A DNA stretch of 64,000 nt from an uncultured Candidatus Rokubacteria bacterium (GCA_963826115.1 CAWGVS010000010.1:160001-224000), one strand, 5' to 3'. Positions 27,939-38,326 are shown, counted from the stretch's first letter. Translations and numbers: made by a program. Notes: generated from the letters alone by a model not told the origin.

Positions 27939-28985
27939 CTAGGCTGCCGCGAGGCGCCGGGCTCGCGCGGTCCAGATGCGACCGTCGAGCCAGTAGTGGC
28001 AGAGGAGTCCGGCGGTCAGGAAGGGCGCGAGCCCGGCGACGCCTGACCCGGTGATCAGGGCCCAGCTGCCGATCCCCACCACCGGCCACACCGCGAATCG
28101 GGCGAGGCGCCGCGCCTCGCCGACGAGTCCCCGCGACGCCCCGCCGCCGTCTCGCCGGGCCAGCGCGTACGTGAAGTAGAGGTACTGGACCTCGTGGTGG
28201 AGCACGAGCACGAGGAGGTACGACGCGCTCCAGGCCCCGACCACGTAGGCGCTCCCGAACGCGACGGCGTTGGCGAGGACGAGCCAGCGCTCCGCCGGGT
28301 GGACCGCGTCCGCGCCGGATTGTCCTGTCGTCCACGCGAGGTAGCCGAGGACGCTCGCGAGCGCCAGCCCGCCGAGCACCGCGAGCACGGAGGTCGGGAG
28401 CCCGAGGCCCAGGAACGCCTCGCCCTCGGAGGTCGTCGCGGTGCTCGTGAAGTACCCGATGGAGGCCGCCATCGGGAGGTAGAAGGCCGCGGCGAGGAGC
28501 CGGCGGTGCCCGGGAGAGCGGGGCCCGCCGGCGCGCCGCTGGTAGTGGAGCGCGATCCCGAGGTTCTGGCGACCGCGGTGCCAGGCGCCCAGGTAAAGGA
28601 TCGTCGTGCCGAGGACGAGCGTCCGGTCGCTCCAGACCAGCGCGTACGTGGCGGCCACGATGGCGAGCGGGATCAGGACCACGTCGACCGGCATCCGGCG
28701 CCAGAGCCGGCGGCGCCACACGGCCTCGTAGGTCGCCCCGAGGTGGAGCTCCGAGAGGATCAGGTCGGCCAGGTCGAGCTGCCGGTCACCGACGAGGTAG
28801 AGCGCGGCCGCCACCGCGAGGAGGACCGTGGCGCCCCCGGCGCCCGCGACCCAGAAATCCGCGGTCCGGGACACGAGCCACCAGTCGCCGCGCTCGCGCG
28901 GCGCAGCGGGCCGGGCTCCCGCCGGAGCGGAGTCCACCCCGCCGACGGCGCCCAGGTCGAGGGCGTCGGAGACGACGGCACGCAT
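27939..28985 (-). CDS. Polytopic membrane protein with four His motifs (putative membrane metalloenzyme)
   Basis: ELHLGATY, WHRGRQNLG, LHHEVQYL, CHYWLDGRIW on hydrophobic helices. Confidence 0.65.
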   Translation of the reverse strand: MRAVVSDALDLGAVGGVDSAPAGARPAAPRERGDWWLVSRTADFWVAGAGGATVLLAVAAALYLVGDRQLDLADLILSELHLGATYEAVWRRRLWRRMPVDVVLIPLAIVAATYALVWSDRTLVLGTTILYLGAWHRGRQNLGIALHYQRRAGGPRSPGHRRLLAAAFYLPMAASIGYFTSTATTSEGEAFLGLGLPTSVLAVLGGLALASVLGYLAWTTGQSGADAVHPAERWLVLANAVAFGSAYVVGAWSASYLLVLVLHHEVQYLYFTYALARRDGGGASRGLVGEARRLARFAVWPVVGIGSWALITGSGVAGLAPFLTAGLLCHYWLDGRIWTARARRLAAA

Positions 28986-29212
28986 CGCGACGGATGGTAT
29001 CGCGCGCGCGGTCGCAAGGGGAGAGGCATCGCGCGGGGGCGGCGGTCGGGGACCCGGGCCGTCCCTCGGGACCTGCTCTCGTGTAACACGGGCCCGCGGA
29101 CGCCGGATGACGACTCTGTCACGAGACGACGAAGCCCGGCGCCCGCCATGGACGCGCGACGCGGGCCGCCCCGGACCGGCGGCCGGCTCGCGTCGCGCCC
29201 GTCGGCGGTCCC

Positions 29213-29815
29213 TCAGGACTTGTGCGCGAGGCCGAGCCGGAGCTCGAGGACCGTCCGGACCTCCTTCGCGGTGTCACGCCAGAGGCTCTTCTCGGGCGTG
29301 GTCGCGTACGCCGCCTGCATCTGCGACCGGAACTCCTGCAGCGCCGCCTCCTGCTTGTCGGGCGGGGCGAGGTCGGTGGTCTTGGCGCGAAGGGCGAACG
29401 AGCGCTGGGTGGCCGTGTGGGGCCGCTCGATCCAGAGGCCGATCTCGTTCCAGTCCTGGTCGAAGAACACGATGACCGGGATCGACCGGTAGCCGTTGTT
29501 CAGGTAGAGATCCGTGATGTCGAGGTTCTGGTCGCGGAAGAAGACGCGCATCTCGCAGTGCGGCATGGCCTCGACGATGCGCGCCAGCATCGGGGAGTTG
29601 CGATGCACGTCGCCGCACCAGTTCTCGGCGAGCATGAGAGCGTAGCGCACCTGGCGGAGGCCCGAGAAGAAGAGCCGCTCGTCCTCGGTCAGGGACGCGT
29701 GGTGGTAGTTCTCCTCGGTCCGGGCGCGCGTGTCGCCCATCTGGGCCAGGTAGTCCTTCCAGGTCATCCCGGTGCCGAACCGGTGGGCGTCGAGCGGGAT
29801 CTTCATCTGGGCCAT
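29213..29815 (-). CDS. Thioredoxin-like protein (monocysteine WCGD type)
   Basis: AENWCGDV, FFRDQN, SIPV, W.ERP; RBS AAGGAG. Confidence 0.8.
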   Translation of the reverse strand: MAQMKIPLDAHRFGTGMTWKDYLAQMGDTRARTEENYHHASLTEDERLFFSGLRQVRYALMLAENWCGDVHRNSPMLARIVEAMPHCEMRVFFRDQNLDITDLYLNNGYRSIPVIVFFDQDWNEIGLWIERPHTATQRSFALRAKTTDLAPPDKQEAALQEFRSQMQAAYATTPEKSLWRDTAKEVRTVLELRLGLAHKS

Positions 29816-29907
29816 GTCGAGACTCTCCTTTACGATCGGTCGGTGAAAGCGTCGGCCGCCAGCGGGTTCGATGTTAGCAGACCGCCTCGGCCGGCGTCGG
29901 GGGCGGC

Positions 29908-30378
<471 letters not shown>

Positions 30379-30433
30379 GCGTCCTCTCTCCGGCGCCCGC
30401 CGCGGGACGGCGGCGGGCCGGCTGGCGGGTGAG

Positions 30434-30835
30434 TCAGGCGCGGCGGACGGTGAGCTTCACGGCGGGCGAGAGCGTGTTGTGCACGATGCAGGCGCGCTCC
30501 GCGATCGTGACCAGCTTGTCGAGGACGTCCGCGGCGACGCGGGCGCCCCGGACCTCGAGCTCGATCGCCTCGAAGCGGGGCGGCGCGGAGGCGAGCGTGC
30601 CGCGGACGGTCACCTCCAGGCCTTCCACCGGGACGGCGCGCGCGCCCGCCGCCGCCACGAGGTTGCTCATGAAGCACCCGCCCAGGGCGACGAGGAGGAG
30701 CTCCCCACCCATCGGCCCCCGGTCGAGTCCGCCCTTCGCGGTTGGCCGATCGACCAGGATCCGGTGCTCCCGGACGGCGCCCTCGGAGGTCGGCGTGGTG
30801 TGCACCTGGGTGATCGTCGCGACGAGATCCGACAC
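30434..30835 (-). CDS. OsmC family protein
   Basis: DRP..KGG.DRGP..GELLLVALGGC and ACIVHNTL. Confidence 0.85.
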   Translation of the reverse strand: MSDLVATITQVHTTPTSEGAVREHRILVDRPTAKGGLDRGPMGGELLLVALGGCFMSNLVAAAGARAVPVEGLEVTVRGTLASAPPRFEAIELEVRGARVAADVLDKLVTIAERACIVHNTLSPAVKLTVRRA

Positions 30836-31006
30836 GGCAGGTTCCTCCCGAGCCCGAAGACGGACGGCCCCACCTGTTTGACGTCGCGGGGCGCGCCCGG
30901 GATTCGCCCGGCGCGCCCGGTGGGCCCGCGGGGGGTATGGTACCCTGAGCCCACGTCCGATCGGCGCCCGCCGATTGGCTTGTCCATCACTCGCAAGGAG
31001 GCATTC

Positions 31007-31510
31007 GTGATCAGGGTCGGAGATCGTCTGCCGGAAGGCACCCTCACGGAGTTCTACGAGCAGGAGGCCCCGGGCTGCACCGTCGGACCCAACAGCTTCC
31101 AGGTTGCGGAACTGGCCAAGGGGCGCCGCATCGTCGTCTTCGGGCTGCCGGGGGCGTTCACCCCGACGTGCTCGGCCAAGCACGTGCCGGGCTACGTGAC
31201 GGCGCACGATCGCCTCCTCGCGAAGGGCATCGACGAGATCTGGTGCGTGTCCGTCAACGACGCCTTCGTGATGGGCGCCTGGGGCCGCGATCAGAAGGCT
31301 GGCGGCAAGGTGCGCATGATGGCCGACGGCAGCGCGACGTACACGAAGGTCCTCGGCCTCGAGATGGACCTGACCGCGCGCGGCATGGGCGTTCGCTCCC
31401 AGCGCTACTCGATGCTGGTCGACGACGGCGTGGTCAAGGCCATCCACGTGGAGCAGCCCGGGAAGTTCGAGGTCAGCGACGCCGAGACCATGCTCCGCAG
31501 TCTGGGTTAG
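31007..31510 (+). CDS. Peroxiredoxin, Prx5/type II
   Basis: PGAFTPTCS..HVPGY, SVNDAFVMGAW, RSQRYSMLV; RBS AAGGAGG. Confidence 0.93.
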   Translation: MIRVGDRLPEGTLTEFYEQEAPGCTVGPNSFQVAELAKGRRIVVFGLPGAFTPTCSAKHVPGYVTAHDRLLAKGIDEIWCVSVNDAFVMGAWGRDQKAGGKVRMMADGSATYTKVLGLEMDLTARGMGVRSQRYSMLVDDGVVKAIHVEQPGKFEVSDAETMLRSLG

Positions 31511-31602
31511 CGGGCCCGGCCCCGCCTCGGCCGTGTTCGCCGTCCCGGCGAGGACGCCACGCGCGCTGCCGGTGTCGTGAGCGGCCGACCGGCGGCCCGA
31601 CC

Positions 31603-32661
31603 ATGAGGTCGCCGATGACCGCCGCGGCGAGCGGCCCGGCGCCCGCCTCCGAGCCGGAGTGGGCCGGCTGGTCGGACGAGCGTCTCCTCGACCTCCGGCT
31701 CTCGGACCTCGGCGTGACCACCCACGCCGGGGACCTGTCCGACCGGATCGACCAGCTGTACGACGAGCTCAAGAACCTCGGGCTCCGCTTCCGGCCCCAC
31801 TTCTGGCTCTCCGACGAGTGGTACTGCCCCGACGGCGTACCCGGGGTGGCGATTCCCTTCTACCTGGCGCACCCGCGCCTCGCCCGCCTCGAGCTCGCGC
31901 AGATGCTCGAGGTCGAGGGGGGAACTCCCGAGTGGTGCATGCGGCTCCTGCGCCACGAGACGGGCCACGCCATCGAGAACGCGTACCGCCTGCGGCGGCG
32001 CCGGGCCCGGCAGAAGCTCTTCGGCAAGTCCTCGGAGCGCTACCGCGACTGGTACGTCCCGCGCCCGTACAGCCGCCGCTTCGTCGTGCACCTGGAGCAG
32101 TGGTACGCGCAGAGCCACCCCGACGAGGACTTCGCCGAGACGTTCGCGGTGTGGCTGGCGCCCGACTCGAACTGGCGCGAGCGCTACGCCGGGTGGCCCG
32201 TCGTGAAGAAGCTCGAGTACGTGGACGCGACCATGCAGGAGATCGCGGCGGCGCGACCGCTCGTTGTCTCGCGGGCCCGCGTCGATCCGCTCTCGCGCCT
32301 CCGGAAGACGCTCCGCCAGCATTACGAGCAGAAGCGGCGCCACTACGGCCTCGACGCGGACGTCTCCTACGACCGCGATCTCCGCCGCTTGTTCTCTGCC
32401 GCGCCGGAGTTCCGGGACCGCCCGCCCGCCGCGCGGTTCCTGGGCCGGATCCGCCGGGAGGTGCGGCGGCGGGTCGCGCAGGGGACCGGCGTGTACCAGT
32501 ACACGATCGACCAGGTGCTGGGGGACATGATCGACCGCTGCCGGGAGCTCGGCCTCCGGGTGGCGGTGCCGGAGGAGCAGGCGAAGCTCGACTTCACGAT
32601 CGCCCTCACCGTGCAGACCATGAACCACCTCCACAGCGGGCGGCACCGGATCGTGCGATGA
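31603..32661 (+). CDS. Putative zinc-binding metallopeptidase (zincin, Peptidase_Mx-like)
   Basis: LLRHETGHA (HExxH) and YAQSHPDEDFAETFAVW. Confidence 0.8.
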   Translation: MRSPMTAAASGPAPASEPEWAGWSDERLLDLRLSDLGVTTHAGDLSDRIDQLYDELKNLGLRFRPHFWLSDEWYCPDGVPGVAIPFYLAHPRLARLELAQMLEVEGGTPEWCMRLLRHETGHAIENAYRLRRRRARQKLFGKSSERYRDWYVPRPYSRRFVVHLEQWYAQSHPDEDFAETFAVWLAPDSNWRERYAGWPVVKKLEYVDATMQEIAAARPLVVSRARVDPLSRLRKTLRQHYEQKRRHYGLDADVSYDRDLRRLFSAAPEFRDRPPAARFLGRIRREVRRRVAQGTGVYQYTIDQVLGDMIDRCRELGLRVAVPEEQAKLDFTIALTVQTMNHLHSGRHRIVR

Positions 32662-33680
32662 AGCCGCTGCGCGTCCTGGCGCTCGTGCACCGGGACCTGG
32701 TGCCGCCGGACGACCCCGGCGACGCCGACATGCTGGCGGTGCCCTGGAAGACGGAGTTCGACGTCGTCAGCACGCTCCGGGAGCTCGGGCACGAGGTCCG
32801 CCCGCTCGGCGTCCGGAGCGACCTCGGCGTGGTCCGGCAGGCGATCGAGGAATGGCAGCCGCACATCGCCTTCAACCTTCTCGAGGAGTTCGACGGCGTC
32901 GCGACCTACGACCAGAACGTCGTGGCGTACCTCGAGCTCCTGCGCGTCCCGTACACGGGCTGCAACCCCCGCGGCCTCATGCTGAGCCGCGACAAGGCGC
33001 TCTCGAAGAAGATCCTGGCCTACCACCGGATCCCGTGTCCGGACTTCGCGGTCTTCCCGCTCGGGCGCGCGGTCCGGCGGCCGCGGCGCCTGTCGTTCCC
33101 CCTCATCGTGAAGTCCTTGACCGAGGACGCCTCCCTCGGCATCTCGCAGGCCTCGGTCGTGGAGAGCGACGAGAAGCTTCGCGAGCGCGTCACGTTCGTC
33201 CACGAGAGCCTGGGGACCAGCGCGATCGTGGAGCGCTACATCGAGGGGCGGGAGCTGTACGTGAGCGTCGTCGGCAACCGCCGGCTCAGCGTGTTCCCGG
33301 TCTGGGAGCTCCGGATGGAGGGCCTCCCCGACGAGGCCCACCCGATCGCGACCCAGCGGCTCAAGTGGAGCCGGCCCTACCAGAAGAAGTACGGGATCAA
33401 GTGGGGCGAGGCGCGCGGCCTCCCCGACCCGATCGCCCGCCGCGTCCAGGACCTCGCCAAGCGCATCTACCGCACGCTCGGCCTGAGCGGCTACGCGCGC
33501 ATCGATTTCCGGCTGGACGCCAACCAGGGGATCTTCGCGCTCGAGGCCAACCCCAATCCCGAGATCGCGTACGGCGAGGAGCTGGCCGAGTCGGCGGAGA
33601 AGGCCGGGCTCTCGTACGAGGGCCTGCTCCAGCAAATCCTGAGCCTCGGGCTCCACTGGCGCCACGACGTCTACGCGTAG
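32658..33680 (+). CDS. D-Ala-D-Ala-ligase-like ATP-grasp enzyme
   Basis: PYTG, DKALSKKIL, FPLIVK..EDASLGI, VERYIEGRE, GYARIDFR, LEANPNP; ATGA overlap with the peptidase. Confidence 0.85.
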   Translation: MKPLRVLALVHRDLVPPDDPGDADMLAVPWKTEFDVVSTLRELGHEVRPLGVRSDLGVVRQAIEEWQPHIAFNLLEEFDGVATYDQNVVAYLELLRVPYTGCNPRGLMLSRDKALSKKILAYHRIPCPDFAVFPLGRAVRRPRRLSFPLIVKSLTEDASLGISQASVVESDEKLRERVTFVHESLGTSAIVERYIEGRELYVSVVGNRRLSVFPVWELRMEGLPDEAHPIATQRLKWSRPYQKKYGIKWGEARGLPDPIARRVQDLAKRIYRTLGLSGYARIDFRLDANQGIFALEANPNPEIAYGEELAESAEKAGLSYEGLLQQILSLGLHWRHDVYA

Positions 33681-33776
33681 CGAGCCGCCCGCCGTCCGTG
33701 CCGAGCGCCCGGCCGCCGTGGCCGCGATCCGGCGCGTCGACGAAACGCCTGCCCCGGGTCCGCGTCCCGCACGCCG

Positions 33777-35177
33777 CTAGCCGACGGGCGGATGCCGGCG
33801 GTGCCAGTCGGTCCGGGCCTGGTAGGCGCGCGCCGCCGCCAGGATCGTGTTCTCCCGCCAGGCGCGCCCCACGAACTGGAGGCTGGTCGGCAGGCCCCGC
33901 TCTCCGAAGCCGTCGGGGACCGCGATGGCCGGCAGCCCCGCCGCGTTGCCGACCGCGCCCGTCGGGTCGAGCACCGTCCCGCCGAACGCGCTCCGAAACG
34001 GCTCGTCGAGCCGGCTTGCCACCGTGAAGCGCCCCGGGGCAACCAGCGCGTCGAGGCCGGCGAGGAGTCGGTCCATCTCGCGGGCCACGACGGCCCGGAG
34101 CCGGAGGGCCTTCAGGTAGTCCTTCGCGAGGATCGCGTCGCGCGCGTAGAGCGCGTAGCGGTCCTCGGGCGCCGTCAGCTCGGCGAGCTGACCCGCCTCG
34201 ACCAGGCCCTCGAGGGCGCTCGCCGCCTCGGCGAACAGGATCGTCCGCGTGATCGCCTCGTAGGGCAGGGGCGGGAGCGTCACGTCCTCCACGGTCCCGA
34301 AGGTCCGCAGGACGTCGAGCGCCTCCTCGAACCGCGCGCGCACGTCCGCGTCCGCGACGTCCACGGCGGCCCGAAGGACGCCGAACCGGAACCGCCGGCT
34401 CGGCCGGTCCTCCGGCTCGTAGCGGAACGGGCGGTCCTCGGCGCTCGGGTCGAGCGGATCCGCGCCCGCGATCGCCTCGAGGACCAGACCGCAGTCGTCG
34501 GCGGTGAGCCCGAGCGGGCCGACCTTGTCGAGGCTCCAGCTGAGGGCCATCGCGCCGTGCCGGCTCACGCGCCCGAGCGTCGGCCGGAGTCCGGTGACGC
34601 CGCAGTTCGCGGCCGGCGAGACGATCGAGCCCCAGGTCTCGGAGCCGAGCGCGAAGGGCACGAGCCCGGCCGCGACGGCGGAGGCCGAGCCGCTCGACGA
34701 GCCCCCGCTCCACGCATCCTCGCCCCAGGGCGAGCGCCCCGGCCCGGTGAACGAGGCGCGCGGCTGCCGGTACCCGGCGCCGCCGGCGAGCTCGACCATC
34801 GCGAGCTTCGCGGCGAGGACGGCGCCCGCGGCCTCGAGCCGCCGGATCACGGTGGCGTCCTGGTCGAACGTCTGCGCCCGGAGCGGTGCCGCGCCCCAGG
34901 TCGTGGGGACGCCGCCGGCCGTCGCGAAGAGGTCCTTCGCGCCGTAGGGGATGCCGTGGAGGGGCCCGCGCCAGGCGCCCGCCGCGATCTCCGCCTCCGC
35001 GCGCCGGGCCTCGACGATCGCCCGCTCACGCATGAGCGTGACGACCGCGTTGTAGCGGGGACCGAGCGTCTCGAGGCGCTCGAGGAACGCCTCGGCGAGC
35101 GCGACCGGCGAGACCTGGCGCGCGCGCACGAGGGCGCCCAGCTCGCGCAGCGGGAGGAAGACGGGGCTCGGCGTCAC
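33777..35177 (-). CDS. Amidase signature family enzyme (GatA-like)
   Basis: GPLHGIPYGAKDL, SGGSSSGSA, GSETWGSI..PA..CGVTGLRPT.GRVSR. Confidence 0.92.
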   Translation of the reverse strand: MTPSPVFLPLRELGALVRARQVSPVALAEAFLERLETLGPRYNAVVTLMRERAIVEARRAEAEIAAGAWRGPLHGIPYGAKDLFATAGGVPTTWGAAPLRAQTFDQDATVIRRLEAAGAVLAAKLAMVELAGGAGYRQPRASFTGPGRSPWGEDAWSGGSSSGSASAVAAGLVPFALGSETWGSIVSPAANCGVTGLRPTLGRVSRHGAMALSWSLDKVGPLGLTADDCGLVLEAIAGADPLDPSAEDRPFRYEPEDRPSRRFRFGVLRAAVDVADADVRARFEEALDVLRTFGTVEDVTLPPLPYEAITRTILFAEAASALEGLVEAGQLAELTAPEDRYALYARDAILAKDYLKALRLRAVVAREMDRLLAGLDALVAPGRFTVASRLDEPFRSAFGGTVLDPTGAVGNAAGLPAIAVPDGFGERGLPTSLQFVGRAWRENTILAAARAYQARTDWHRRHPPVG

Positions 35178-35389
35178 GGTCCGGGCGGTGGGGGCGGCAC
35201 GTGCGGCAGGAGCGGGCCGTCGGCGTTCTCGAGCCGCACCGCCCGGAGCGCCTTCACCGCGTCGACGATCGTCCCGACCCCGGCGCGGACGGCCTCGAGT
35301 TCCTCGGCCGCGAGGCGGTCCTCGTAGCGCGCGCGTACCAGGTCGAAGAGGAGCTCCGCCTCGCTGCGCCCCGTCTGCGGCTCGCTCAT
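35174..35389 (-). CDS. Small GatC/AtzG-like amidase partner
   Basis: 71-aa helical protein ending ALRAVRLENADGP; GTGA overlap with the amidase start. Confidence 0.6.
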   Translation of the reverse strand: MSEPQTGRSEAELLFDLVRARYEDRLAAEELEAVRAGVGTIVDAVKALRAVRLENADGPLLPHVPPPPPGP

Positions 35390-35540
35390 CTGGCTGGCCT
35401 CCGCGGCCATGATAGGCGGGCGCTTCCGGCGCGACAAGCGCGCGAGCGTGTCGCCGGGCTTGCGCGGGGCCGCCCCGGACCCTACGCTCTCACGGGCGGC
35501 GCGGTCGGTCTCGCGCCGCGGTCGGGAGGGACCGCTCCGC

Positions 35541-36629
35541 GTGGGGATCTTCGAGCGCTGGCTCCGGCACCTGTCCGTGCGCCGGCTCGCGCCCCGCGCG
35601 GACGGGCAGCCCCTCGACGCCGTGGCCGTCGCCCACATCCGCCGCGTCGAGCGCATCCTGATCGCGGCGGCGGCCACGCTCGCGGTGCTCGGGTTCCTCA
35701 GCTACTACCTGCCGGTCTACCACGCGCCCCAGATGTTCCCGGCGGTGACGGTCCCGGTCCCGTTCCTCGGCGCCCTGCGCCTGCCGTGGGGCGAGATCCT
35801 GTGGGCCGTCGTGCTCACGACCATCGAGCTCACGCTGCTGACGCTCCTCAACATCGTCGGCGTGCACGAGATCGCGGTCGCCACGGGGTTCCTCACGCCC
35901 GAGAACAAGGGCGATCGAGTGACAGCCCTCCTGTCGATCGGCCTCGAGCGGAAGACGACCGAGGTCACCCGCTACGGCATCGACCCCTTCGAGGGCCTCC
36001 ACCCGTGGATGCTCTTCCTGTTCAACCTGATCCTCCGGCTCAAGGGCTGGCTCGCGAACCAGGCGACCCGGTACCTGGTCCGCCTGCTCTTGGGCCGCTA
36101 CGCGGTCCGCGCCCTCCTCGACTTCGCCGGCGTGCCGCTCTACATGGCGATCAACGCCTACGCCGCCTTCGCGGTGCTGCGGGAGGCCAAGGTCGTCCTG
36201 ATGGGCCCCGAGGCGGTGCGCTCGCTGGTCCGGCGTCTCTCGGAGGAGCCGCCCTCGCCGGTCGAGCGTGCCCTCGCGTACGACACGCTCCAGTTCATCG
36301 CGGTCAGCAAGCGCGACTTCCACCAGAACCACTACCTCCTGACGAAGGAGCTGCTGGACCGCTGGCAGGTCCCGGCCGAGGCGCGCCACCCGCTGCCGCC
36401 CGATTTCCTGGAGCGCATGGCGGCCGCGCCGCCGCGGGCGCGGGCGATCTGTGAGGCCATCATCATGGCGGGGTTCGTCCTGGACGGCCAGCTGTCCTGG
36501 CGGGAGCGCCGGCGGCTCGACGCCATGCAGCGCCTGGGCGTCCTGCCGCACCGGCCGGCCGACGTGAGGCGGCGGCTCGCGCAGTTCCTCCGCGGCGGCG
36601 GCCTGCCCGCCGACACGCTCCCGCGCTGA
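35541..36629 (+). CDS. Hypothetical membrane protein (resembles LBF_2804 family)
   Basis: RBS GGGAGG before GTG; TM helices; YGIDPF, FHQNHY, FVLDG motifs; GC3-rich frame. Confidence 0.6.
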   Translation: MGIFERWLRHLSVRRLAPRADGQPLDAVAVAHIRRVERILIAAAATLAVLGFLSYYLPVYHAPQMFPAVTVPVPFLGALRLPWGEILWAVVLTTIELTLLTLLNIVGVHEIAVATGFLTPENKGDRVTALLSIGLERKTTEVTRYGIDPFEGLHPWMLFLFNLILRLKGWLANQATRYLVRLLLGRYAVRALLDFAGVPLYMAINAYAAFAVLREAKVVLMGPEAVRSLVRRLSEEPPSPVERALAYDTLQFIAVSKRDFHQNHYLLTKELLDRWQVPAEARHPLPPDFLERMAAAPPRARAICEAIIMAGFVLDGQLSWRERRRLDAMQRLGVLPHRPADVRRRLAQFLRGGGLPADTLPR

Positions 36630-36633
36630 GGCC

Positions 36634-37791
36634 TCAGTACAGGTAGAGGTGGAGGCCCACGCCGATGGACTCGATCCGCTCCCGGAAGAACTGCCCGTTC
36701 GGCGAGTAGCCGCTGAAGTACTCGACGAGCAGCTGGATCCGCCGGTCGAAGACCGGCAGCTTCTCGAGCTGCACCCCCGCGCGAACGGAGACGTCCGGGC
36801 GCCAGTCGTTCTGCTGTCGGTACTGGACGTCAACCGCCGCCAGCGGCCGTAGCATCCCGCCGAGGTAGGTCCGCGGGCTCCGCACCTCGACGCCCGTCTC
36901 GGCCCACCACCGTTCGAGGTCCGCCGGGTCGCCGCGGACGATGTACCCGGCGCCGCCGTAGAGCCGGAGCCACTGCATGACCTCGTACGAGAGCCGGAGG
37001 TCGACCGCCTCGTAGCTCAGGTTCACGCGCTCCACCCCGGGATGCGCGACGAGGAACTCGTCGCCGAGGTGCGAGCTCTGGTGGAAGAGGCGGGCCATGG
37101 CGGAGAAGTTCCGCAGCCGGTAGGCGACGGGGAACCCGAGCATGTAGTCGCTGTTGGCGAGGTCGACCGACGGCGCGTCGAGGTCGAACAGGCTGAACAC
37201 GGCGGCCTGGACCCCGACCTCCCACGCGCCCCCGCGCTCGCCCACGGGTCCGCGGAGGAGCGCGATCGTCTCGCCCAGACTGGCCGTCGCCGCGTTGGCG
37301 AAGCGCGGGTCGTCCAGGTAGCGCTGGTAGACGGCCGAGAAGTGCGGCCACCGAGGATCGGCGATCAGCGGGGCGAACAGGAGGCCCCGCGGGAGCACCT
37401 CGAGGCCGCGCGCCGGGACCTCGGTTTCCACGGCGGGGCCGCTCGGCGTGGCCGCGGTCGTCGGGGGCGCGGGCGCGGCCGCGACCGCCGGCGCGTCCCG
37501 TAGCTCGACCATCGACACGCGGACGACGCCCGGGATCGCTGAGAGGGCGGCCACCACCTTCTCGACGTCGGCCCGCGAGAGGCCCGCGGCCTCGACGGTG
37601 AGCACTCCGTCCTTGACCGCGACCTTCCCGCTCTTGACGTCGAGCTGCCGCTCGAGGACGGCCGCGGCGTACCCTGCGATGTAGGCGTCCTCGGTCGGCC
37701 CGGCGAGGGCCGGCGGCGCGGCGATGAGCAGCGCACAGGCGATCGTCAGCCATCGCCATCCACTCACGACGTCCTGTCGACCCCGCGCCAT
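36634..37791 (-). CDS. DUF1207-domain outer-membrane protein with N-terminal periplasmic domain
   Basis: LFAPLIADPRWPHFS, DL.NSDY, HQSSHLGDEF, G.SPNGQF, terminal aromatic strand. Confidence 0.75.
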   Translation of the reverse strand: MARGRQDVVSGWRWLTIACALLIAAPPALAGPTEDAYIAGYAAAVLERQLDVKSGKVAVKDGVLTVEAAGLSRADVEKVVAALSAIPGVVRVSMVELRDAPAVAAAPAPPTTAATPSGPAVETEVPARGLEVLPRGLLFAPLIADPRWPHFSAVYQRYLDDPRFANAATASLGETIALLRGPVGERGGAWEVGVQAAVFSLFDLDAPSVDLANSDYMLGFPVAYRLRNFSAMARLFHQSSHLGDEFLVAHPGVERVNLSYEAVDLRLSYEVMQWLRLYGGAGYIVRGDPADLERWWAETGVEVRSPRTYLGGMLRPLAAVDVQYRQQNDWRPDVSVRAGVQLEKLPVFDRRIQLLVEYFSGYSPNGQFFRERIESIGVGLHLYLY

Positions 37792-37861
37792 GATGTCGTC
37801 CTCCGCCTCTGTCTTGTCGCCGTGAAAGGCTGTGTCGCTCGTCCGGCAGCGTTCCGACGCG

Positions 37862-37877
37862 TGGCACGCCGATTGCC
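37862..37877 (+). promoter_or_regulatory. Sigma-54 (-24/-12) promoter
   Basis: TGGCACGCCGATTGCC matches TGGCACG-N4-TTGC; upstream of the 38003 gene. Confidence 0.8.
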
Positions 37878-38002
37878 CTGTTTCGAGTGCGGAGGACAGC
37901 CGAGCCCGTGCGATCGGGCGGCGGCGCCAGGGCGCTCGACCGGACTCTCTGCGAGGCTCGTGCCGCGGTGGGATCGGTGAGCGGCGGAGGAGGAAAACGG
38001 CG

Positions 38003-38326
38003 ATGCGACGGAACTGGCGAGGGGCTCAGCGGGCATTCGTGGCGGTGCTGGTGGGCGTGTCGCTCGCGTCCGCGCCCGCCTGGGTAGCGGCGCAGTCACC
38101 GAGCGGATCGGAGCAGGTCGGCAGCGGAGGGCAGCCGGCCGGCGCCAGCCCGGCGCCGGTCGAGACGTCCAAGCCCGCGCAGAAGTCGACGCCGAGCGCT
38201 GGCGAGGTCGGCAACCGGCTCCACGACAGCGCCAAGGGATTCGGCGAGGCCATCCTGGGCGGGATCAAGTACGCCGGGCGGAAGGTCGCCGGCTTCTTCG
38301 GTGGCGGCGACAAGTCGGAGAACTAG
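38003..38326 (+). CDS. Small exported hypothetical protein
   Basis: RBS GGAGGAGG; signal peptide; C-terminal amphipathic helix LHDSAKGFGEAILGGIKYAG. Confidence 0.65.
   Translation: MRRNWRGAQRAFVAVLVGVSLASAPAWVAAQSPSGSEQVGSGGQPAGASPAPVETSKPAQKSTPSAGEVGNRLHDSAKGFGEAILGGIKYAGRKVAGFFGGGDKSEN

Noticed and set aside
32658-33680. Assigning the symbol ddl
   Set aside because: Missing the Ddl N-terminal GGxSxE motif and cell-wall gene context
33777-35177. Assigning the symbol gatA
   Set aside because: No gatB adjacent and divergent signature residues
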